DNA of 64,000 nt, from positions 5,172,137 to 5,236,136 of the forward strand of contig CM082595.2 in the NCBI GenBank assembly GCA_040954595.2, in the 5' to 3' direction. The notes beneath the pieces are model-generated. The model worked only from the letters and a program-made list of their open reading frames with translations. It did no database searches and was not told where the DNA came from. The position numbers and the translations under genes are program-made. Below, piece by piece: positions 1 to 9,400 of the stretch (the stretch's first letter is position 1; the number at the start of each line of letters is the position of its first letter). The DNA comes from Balanoglossus misakiensis. Taxonomy: Eukaryota; Animalia; Hemichordata.

Positions 1-775
1 CTCATTTTACAACTGCAAAATTTCCATAATTCAAACATTTGCACCAAACTCTTTGTGTATCATTTCTATAAACTGAATGGTACAGGCTTGTCTATGTCCA
101 AGGGTTTAAAGTGAATCCAAACACAATCATTTGTGTGTTACAGATGTTCTTTATTAAAATTCTCGAATAGTAATATTTACAACATACAAGTGGACCTATA
201 TATGAGTGACCCCTGAACTACGACTCCAACTTTCAATTGGTTGGTCAAATAGTAAGGGGTCCTCGCACCTTTGACGTCTCCATCTGAGCAATTCCTCAGC
301 AGGCAAGCATAAACAAAAGAACTACGAATCTCAACTGTTGAGGGCAGTTGATTTGTTAACTTATGGGATGGGGAAAAGTGCTTACCACAAATACTAGGAC
401 TAGCGTATACATTTTCCCCCCTTTTCTATATCGCAGTAAGTTCATGGTTAGTATTCCTGACAATTTCACATGAAATCTCCATATATTATTCTATTTAGAA
501 CTAAAATCACTACTGTATTAACTATGAAAATCTGCAAAGCTCTCTTACCTGCAATCAAAGATTATACTAACGTGACTAAAGCAAAATATTTTTGTTACCA
601 GTGCAATTGTATGTATTGAAGACATCACATCAATACATTCTCGCATCTTGCATCCACATTCACTGTTATGTTGGGAGAAATCATTGACAAACTAGCATTC
701 ACACACAGACACACTCAGCTGAAACACGACAGAGAACTTCCCTGCAATGGAAGTACATTTTGAACACCTGGATAC

Positions 776-1851
776 AAATTAATATCCTTTGCGGACAAAT
801 CTTTGGTCATTTGCTCATAGGTAGTATTGAAATCATAGACGTTGGGTTTGTCCGCCGCTGGTCCCGGTAGCTTGACATGTGTGCCCGTGCCGAACGACTT
901 CACATTGAATCCTTTTTTACTGTAAGATAGAAAACAGAAAGGCGACATGATGAACTGAAAAATGTGTATATGCACCTTGATCTTTAAAGGTATACAGTCA
1001 CCTCCAATTTACATACGCCCCTATATGGCTGAAATGGCGTATTTGAGCGTTTTAAAGAACATATGGTGGCGCTCTTTTTTTCGAGTGTGCCACCCACTGA
1101 AAAGCTGTGATTGGCTAGATCTCAATTTGCCATGGCAACTGTAGCTAATTTTCTATAGGTGACCGTACACCTTTAAAAGGAAATTGCAAACTTGTGGTAA
1201 TACCAAAATTCTCCAGTATTACATGTACTGTGATGTAGTCTGTATCAGGTTTATTCAAGCGTATTTGGGTTAGGGTACAACAAGCTTAAATGCATTAAGA
1301 CACAAGGCACAAATAATAGAATCTGCCAAACTTCAAAACTCTATCATGTATGTTGGAAAAACGAAGTGATTGTACAATAAATTGACAAGTTCAGCTTTGG
1401 GCAGGTGGTCACCACATTGTTATGCAAATACATAATGCTGTATCAGAATGGGGTGAAGGTTGATTGCTAATATTTTTTTGCAAATCTGCATTTGACAATC
1501 CCAGCCTTCGTAGGTACATTGTATTGGAATCAACGCCTGTTCGGTTTGAAAGTAATAGCAACCCCCCACCCCCAACACACACACACAAGTAAATGGTTTA
1601 CTCCGATGAAGCCATACTACTTCCGGGTCACCATTGTTGTTATGCAAAATATTCAACATACGCAACAACGATAACACAACGAAAGGCACACTGAAAAGCA
1701 GTCATTCTTTCAACTGGTGTGAAAGTGACACATTCGCACATATATCTTCTCGGAGTGCATTCACTGAAACCACGTACCTCAAGATGGAATGAGCCTCCAT
1801 ACTGCGATTCTGGTTGCTCGAACAAACCACGGCAATCTTGAAAGTTGGCAT
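776..1851 (-). CDS. SSU72: SSU72 RNA polymerase II CTD phosphatase, coding exons 1-2 (gene continues beyond window start)
   Basis: Exon 1851-1778 encodes MPTFKIAVVCSSNQNRSMEAHSIL (Ssu72 CX5R catalytic motif VCSSNQNRS). Exon 919-776 (144 nt) encodes SKKGFNVKSFGTGTHVKLPGPAADKPNVYDFNTTYEQM. A probable 5'UTR intron lies at about 1911-1976. The next exon is not seen in 1-775. Confidence 0.95.
984..1176 (+). mobile_element. MITE family A (TTAA-flanked, AGGT termini; Kolobok-like)
   Basis: TTAA-AGGTATACAGTCACCT...AGGTGACCGTACACCT-TTAA. Other copies: 11228-11361 (partial), 17696-17889, 20633-21166 (interrupted), ~32620-32694, 34366-34561, 35545-35737, ~55735-55831, ~58592-58754. Confidence 0.85.
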
Positions 1852-1984
1852 TTCGAGTGATATTACAAAACAATCAAACCGAAAGTTGAAGATTTGTTTC
1901 CTGTGACTTCCTGAAATATAGTGGCTGGAAGATGAAACTGTGTCGATGAAATCCGATTATTTTGACACTTATTTACCACTGAGA

Positions 1985-2300
1985 TCAAAATGGCGACGCG
2001 GAAACTTTACTTCGTGTGTGTTCGGATTATTTCGGCTATGCTTTGCTTATTCCATTATTTTGAGGGAGTGTGGCAAATACGTCTCTAGTATTTTTTTAAA
2101 GAACAATAAAGGTTTATTGCATTCGATTAAATATAAACTTACAGCCATATTATTCCAAAATTATCTTCAGTTATATAGTCACGATGATTCGATAAATAAA
2201 TTATTTCACATAAGGTAGCTGATAACTGTTACTAATGGTATAAGCCATTTCCCCGGAAATTACCGAAAGTAACCGATCAGCCCGGCAGTGACAATATGGC
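1985..2300. promoter_or_regulatory. Bidirectional promoter between SSU72 (-) and WDR33 (+)
   Basis: CpG-richer stretch with YY1-type motifs (AAAATGGCG ~1987, ATATGGCG ~2294). A minus-strand donor at ~1976 and a plus-strand donor at ~2424 fit non-coding first exons of the two genes. Confidence 0.6.
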
Positions 2301-3104
2301 GCCTTGGCGTGCGTATCCCTGAAACAAAAATCTCAGTTTTTTCGATCGACGTAATTATGTCGGTGAAAGACAAATAGATCGACAGACAGTTTTCTACTAT
2401 ACTATATACTATTTACAACCTAAGGTCAGTATTTTGCTGTGTATGATCGTTTCCGTTAACAGTATTTTGCAGAAATTTCGACCTCGTGCCCATTCAAACC
2501 CGTGCCGGGCCATGTCTCATTTCGACTCGTCGATCGCGTCTATCGGGTACGTCCCGGTCTATAGCTGTAGTCTTGTAGCTGGAAATTCTCCGCGCAATCG
2601 GTTATTGGAATATCACTGAACAAGCTGTGTTGCAATAGGTGCAGTAGACATTGCCTGCCTGCCCTTGCCACATTCAGTCTGAACCATACCTAAAGTATCT
2701 TGTTTACAATCCATCATGTTCATTTCAAGATTGCCGCTTAGTGGTTGCATTTGCACTTGCTACACAGTGTTTGTGTGGTAACGAATAGCAATAAGATAAA
2801 AGAAAGTTGTAGGGTACAGTGCATTTGCAGTGTACATGTGATCTGACTGGTATGATTGATAGACATCTGTACACATGTGAAATTAACACACGATTTACTA
2901 GTACATTGTACATGATGATGCAGAGGGTGGCCAAGTACAAAGACACTGGGGGTAGATCAGTACTTGGGGTGAGCAAATCTGTGAAAAGCGGTAATGGAAT
3001 TGATTGGCACTCTGTCTCAGCTTGGCAGTTTGACACCCCTATACTGAGTAATACACACTTGTCAGGTGACCCATGGAGCTAGAAGGGGTGACCTGAGCAT
3101 CTGT

Positions 3105-3248
3105 TAGACCACTTCGCGGATAGAATAATGCAGGGTTTTGTGGGACAGTTTGCGTTCTGAGCGCGTGCGTTAGCCATGTATTAGACGCTATGTTGAATGC
3201 AAATTATCCCATCATGCATTGCAGATAACCTATCCGCGTAGTGGTTTA
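3105..3248. mobile_element. Short TIR element (TAGACCAC...GTGGTTTA termini)
   Basis: Imperfect terminal inverted repeats TAGACCACTTCGCGGATAG / CTATCCGCGTAGTGGTTTA plus inner inverted segments. No clear TSD. Confidence 0.5.
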
Positions 3249-3414
3249 TGTTCATGTAATTCCCACTGACTTGGCAAGAAGGGTTTAACTGTGCTTTTTC
3301 TATGAATTGAAAGCATATTTTGCTCAAAATCTGTAAGATTTTGATCATTTGTAATTATTCACAGAAATCTCATTGCTGCCACAAGTTTGACAACATCCAG
3401 AGAAAAAACTCAAA

Positions 3415-6400
3415 ATGATGGATGGTGGTGTTGCCACGCAACCGCCTCCGCAGCGGTTCTTCCACATGCCCCGACTGCCCCAACATCAGAAGCAGAACTT
3501 CTACAGGCACCACTCGCACGCCCAAGCCCAGCCGGGCATGGCCTTTGATGGAAAGCGCATGAGAAAAGCTGTCCACAGGCGAACCATAGACTACAATGCG
3601 TCGTGTATTAAATATCTGCAGGTAAGAAAACACAGTGATGAACTCTGATCAGGATTTCAGTTTAGTGTTTCCAAGATCCAAGATCATTGAGAGTAATGCA
3701 GGGTTTTAATACATGCATGGATGCATATTGGGACATCTCTATTTCATTAAGTGCTTTTTCTGATCTTTGTCTTCGTCCAGAATCGCATATGGCAGAGAGA
3801 CTACAGAGACATGAGAGCCATTCAGCCTGACAACTCCTATGGAACAGATGTGAGTATGAAAGCATCTGAACTGCTTTTCTGTGTATGCTGGGGTTGGGAC
3901 CCCTGGAAACACTTCTGTTACCCATCAGTATCTGCATGGATACAGCCGGGATAACAGTGGTAAAATTGACATTGGGAACCCTGGTAATATTTATCACCCT
4001 GGGCAAAAGCACTGTGACCAAATGTGTTTGGACGTTTTCAACCCTAGTGCAATGTAGTCCTATAAATGAAAATGTTAAATCGACTTCAGATCAGTGCAAA
4101 TGATGACAGCTATAATCTACTGAAAGAACACTACAGTGTTGATCAGTAAACGTTCTGATGCGCTAAAAAACATCCCCGACAGGTCAGCAATGGGGTATCG
4201 CCCCATTACCTCCTGTAGATGAAACACTGTTCACTATTGCCTGTTGCCCTAGGTCAACAGCTATTGCCCTATGTCACAGTGCCCTGACTTAAACTTCTGT
4301 ATATTTTCTTTATACAGCTGCCACTGCCTTGTGCTATGTCTTATAACACTATCAACAGTGTGACAACCAAATTTGTACGGACCTCAACCAACAAAGTCAG
4401 ATGCCCGATATTTGTAGTACGGGTAAGTAGTCAGTTCTTAGAGTACACAGTCACAGTTCAGTAATGTTAATGTTCATAAAGGTTGATAGCAAAATGGTCC
4501 ATGTGTGCACATGATGACAAGCTAACTGACTGAAAGAACACAAACCCCGTGTTGATCAGTAAACGTTCTGATGCACAAAATTTAACTAGAGAATGAAACA
4601 TAATTTATTTCTTTAAAACGGCAGGGATATATGCGATATGCCAGCACATAGTCAGAAGAGATGGACTTGCTTGCCCTTTCAACCTTACATAGGCATTTCA
4701 CAGAACAAAGAAATACGAGAATAGATATTGGAACTATCGTCATTTGTTCTGCTATAGGGAATCATAATGCCTGTATTTCAATATGTTCCCTGTTTTTGTT
4801 TTCTTTCCAGTGGACTCCGGAAGGCCGCCGTCTGGTGACCGGGGCTTCCAGTGGAGAGTTTACACTGTGGAATGGGCTGACTTTCAACTTTGAGACAATT
4901 TTACAGGTAAATTATTTATTCCAGGGTCTTGTAAGTAATAAGGCAACATTCACAGAGAGTTATGGGTAATTTATGGTACTGTCTAATATTCCATAGGGGT
5001 GTGAGGACATGAAGACCATTTTACTTGGGGGAACCCAGGTAAAATGACAGGGGAACCATGGTAACATTTACTTAGACAATGTTTAATGTTATATTTCTGA
5101 TACAGTTGCATGCACACACACACACTGTCGTTCAGTTTGCACATACATACTTCTAGAAAACGACATAGTTGCCATTAAAAATTGTTTTGAATTTTATCGT
5201 TATCTCAGTATAATTATAAAAATGTAATCTGTTGCTGTGCGGATAATTCGTCAGATAAGATGAGATCCAGATTTCAAACGTAGCCATGTTGTTTTTCCTT
5301 TTCCCCTCTTCCCTGCAGGCTCACGAGTTCCCGGTGAGAACCATGACCTGGAGCCACAACGACCTGTGGATGTTGACGGGAGATCACGCGGGCTACATCA
5401 AGTACTGGCAGTCGAACATGAACAACGTCAAGATGTTCCAAGCTCACAAGGAACCCATACGTGAGGCAAGGTGGGGTTGACATGATGGTAACAACACCAT
5501 TCTTGAGTCAGTCACATGACCAAGTCTATCTCAGTAGTTCAATTTGCTACGTACTATTCTTCCTAGTCACGTTAACGATCGACACCGTTTGCAGATATCA
5601 TCAAAGTTCTGTCGATCGACCAGGCCAGTGTCCCGAATCAAACATTCCCCCTGACCTTAGTGCTAGTATTTTCCTGTTGAAAGTCCTGTTTCGTGAGGCT
5701 GCCCTAGAAGATTACATGCAATGCTCTTTGCAGCTATCAAATTGAATTAATAATAGCCCCCAGCCCAAAATGTTTCAAAGCACTTTGTAAATTGTGTATT
5801 CTTGACTGCGAGAACGAGAAAGAATCAACCAATTACATTTTGTCTGCCTCTGTTGTCCAACATAGCGTTTTTCTCTCCCCCCCCCCCCCCCCCCCGGCAT
5901 CTTATAAAATACTTCAGTATTTCCACATCCCCCCCCCCCCCCACGGAAATTGTACAACCAAATATGGTCCATCATATACATGCCCCTTCAGATATGCTTA
6001 CAGATATGTACATACATCAAATTTGTACTATACATGTATATATATATTATATATGAAATTTTTGAGATATAAATATTTATTTGTTTATATTGTCTGTACA
6101 TATGTATAGAATTTTTCTGGCTGGCCCAGTTTTTTTAAACTTTGATGATATTTGCAATATTCCATTCAATAAAGCTATTTTCTTGGGGTTTCTAAATAAA
6201 GATTGGAAAAAATCCCATGAGCACACTATTTTGAAATAAAGAATAGATCCTTAGTTTATTTTTTTAAACAATAAAGTTTTTAAACCATCTTTGAAATAAA
6301 GCTTTTGAAATAAAGTTCTGAATAAAAGGTTTCCAATAAAGATATCTTTTGAATAAAGTTTGGAAAAATGACCATAAATATTTCTTCAGACGTTTTTTCC

Positions 6401-9400
6401 AAACATTTTATTTTGAAATAAAGGATTTATATGTTTCTGTGAAAAAATCTTCAGTGGGTAATATTTTCAAAACATTCCCCTGTATACAGATGCCATATTT
6501 CTCCAACCACATTAATCTAACCTTCCTGGGCCCACACATAACATCATTTCGAGGAAAAATGCCATCGGGCCATTGAAATTATTTTGAGAGAATTCCTAGA
6601 TAGATAGTGTTTCATCTCGTCCAATTCCACTTCAGTTTTAAGCTAAGTATGGCCCTGTCTGTATTTTTCTAAATTTCTATAAAATCAAAAAGTTCATTTT
6701 CCTGTTCTCCAGTAGTATAATTTTCAAAATAATTATTATTCGGAAAACCAGCCACTTCAAAACTTACCGGGTCATTGCAGGAAGTTGAATACGACAATAG
6801 TCGTAAAAGTAATTAAAATTAGTTATTCTGGTGTATATGAATTATAATGTAAGACATCAACCATGTTGGCCCACCCCCAGCTGGCCTGCCAGTCAAACTG
6901 TTCTTTTTTTTTGCTTGATCGTAAATGACCTCATCTGTCCAGAAAATTGCAGTTTTGTTTCTATCAGATAAAGATGTTTCAGTCGCTGAAGGGCACTGGT
7001 TATGTGCTGTTTGTCAAAAACACCCACCCTTGCAACTTGATAAAAGTTTCACTGAACACAACCACATCCATGCACTGAAGACTCCAGGTATGTGACGACA
7101 ATCTTTTCTAGTTCGTTTCGAAGTTTGCCTCGAAATGGTAGAGAGTAAGTTCGAAGCTGCTTGCAAAATCGCAGACTCCGGTATTTTGGCTCGTAGTCCC
7201 CGTACAAATTGACTGAATCATGAGGTTATATGCACTGCAGATTCCTAAATTTAATTCTCCCTTCGTCAAAATTGAAAATGCTTTAACAGCTACAGTTCTC
7301 TTTGTGATTTTCCAAAGTCGCCTGTTTCATGCATAATTGTTCATTTGCACATAACCCTTTTATCACAATGGTTGAGTCCAAATCCATTGTTTTCTATGGT
7401 AAAGTTAGACCTCGAAAAAGGGAAACAGGTGAAATGGTTAGGGGATACAGAATGCTGCAGTGTCCGTGGGCCCCAGTGAAAGTTGACTAAATCAGCCAGT
7501 ACTGTCAATATTCTCTGGATTCACCCATTGAGGGAATAGCAACTATACCTGGATTCTTCATGCATTCAAAATCACATCTGCACTTAAACCATACCGTACA
7601 CAAGGTTGTTCGATCGAAGCCCCTATTCAACCTGTATTTTTTGTTCCCATGGTTTTGAAGTCCAAAAGCATTTGTAGTAAAAATGGCATTGAACATAAAG
7701 TGATAAACTTTCATATTGAATAATAATTAGACTTTAAATGGTCACCAGTACTATATGCAACCAAAGTGAAACCCCCAAATATTCTGGCTAAAGGGGAATA
7801 ACACCCCCCCCCCCCCTCCTCCATGCTGGAGGGAACACTGTTTCTGAATGGCCATTATCCTTAGTCTCAATTCTGTCCAGCCAAGTCTACCTCCGTTGCC
7901 CCAACATTAAACCGAAAGTCATTGCAAAACCCTACTGTAGTCTAAATAACTGGTATAGGCCAAACACTATGATGGTACACACTGGTCCAGACATCAATAC
8001 AGGCAGCAGAATTAAGCTGTCTCAGTTCAACAAATGACGAGGCTCTCCCCCCCCCCCCCCCAAACCACTCGGAAACCAGTTTTTCTGAATTCCGCCTCTA
8101 CAACACCCATCTCCTCTGCTTGTTTACCTGACAGTTTCTGCCCGACCGACAATAAATTTGCCACTTGCTCCGACGACGGGACCGTCCGCTTGTGGGACTT
8201 CATGCGATGCCACGAAGAGAGAATTCTCAGAGGTAGGTCGTTAACCTTATTTGAACTTTGACCCCTGTCACCTGTAGGTAGTCGACAATTTCCCAGTCCC
8301 TGTGGAAAGTTTAGGGGTGCTGTTCTATCATGGGTTAATTTTATGGCATTTGGACAGTGGCGAGCAGTTAGCAATGAAATTGAAGTAGAGAAGCACTAGC
8401 AAAATGATGCAAATAGAGTCCCTGTATAAAGAGGTAGTACTAAGCATGTGCTAGTTATGCCAGCTAAAGAGTGGTCACACACTGGTAGTATTTTTCCAGG
8501 TTGCATTGCTGGTATAACCGTATCAAGCATAGACATGTAGCTGCATTGCTATGCTGGCCTCATGTTGTAATGTACAGTCGAACCTGTCTATAGTGGCCAG
8601 TCAAGGGACTTTCCTAAACTGGCCTTTATAGACAGATGGTCTTTGTAGACAGGTCAATTCATGTACATGTAGTGGCCACTATATAGAGGTGACCACTAAC
8701 ACAGGTTTGACTGTACATGTAAATTGCACAGGGACTGTAACAAAGTGGCCAATATATAGAGGTGACCACTAACACAGGTTTGACTGTACATGTAAATTGC
8801 ACAGGGACTGTAACAAAGTGGCCAATATATAGAGGTGACCACTAACACAGGTTTGACTGTACATGTAAATTGCACAGGGACTGTAAATAAGTGGCCACTA
8901 TATAGAGGTGGTCACTCACACAGCTTCAGCTGTACATACCAAGTTGCTGGTTGGGGTCACGACCTCTGACCTTTCCACCATCTCATGGTGTCCTTATCCC
9001 CCCCCCCCCCCCCCCCTTTTCCCCTCACCAGGTCACGGCGCCGATGTCCGCTGTGTGGACTGGCACCCCATCAAGTCGCTGCTGGTCTCCGGCAGCAAGG
9101 ACAGCCAGCAGCCGGTGAAGCTGTGGGACCCCAAGAGCGGCACCAGCCTGGCCACCTTGCACGCGCACAAGAACACCGTCATGAGCGTGCGCTGGAACCA
9201 GAACGGCAACTGGCTCCTGACGGCCTCCCGGGACCACCTCATCAAGCTGTTCGACATCCGCATGATGAAGGAGATGTTCACGTTCCGGGGACACAAGAAG
9301 GAAGCCACAAGTGAGTAATTCTCCCCAAATTAAAACCGCAGCTTTGATTGGTCCATTTACATGTAAGAGTTGTATTCATTGGCCGGTACCCTGCCTCAGT

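Noticed and set aside
962-1144. Recurrent peptide [28 protein letters not shown] (also at 34404-34589 and at the end of ORF 58600-59424)
   Set aside because: It is a translation of non-coding MITE family A. The LIG3 exon ends at the donor at 58766, before the MITE.
3634-3650. GTGATGA...CTGA in the WDR33 intron after coding exon 1 as a third snoRNA
   Set aside because: The boxes are only 3 nt apart, with no guide region or terminal stem.
8672-8934. Regular repeats that could be mistaken for a CRISPR array
   Set aside because: The units are head-to-tail with no unique spacers, they derive from a MITE end, and the context is a eukaryotic intron with no cas genes.
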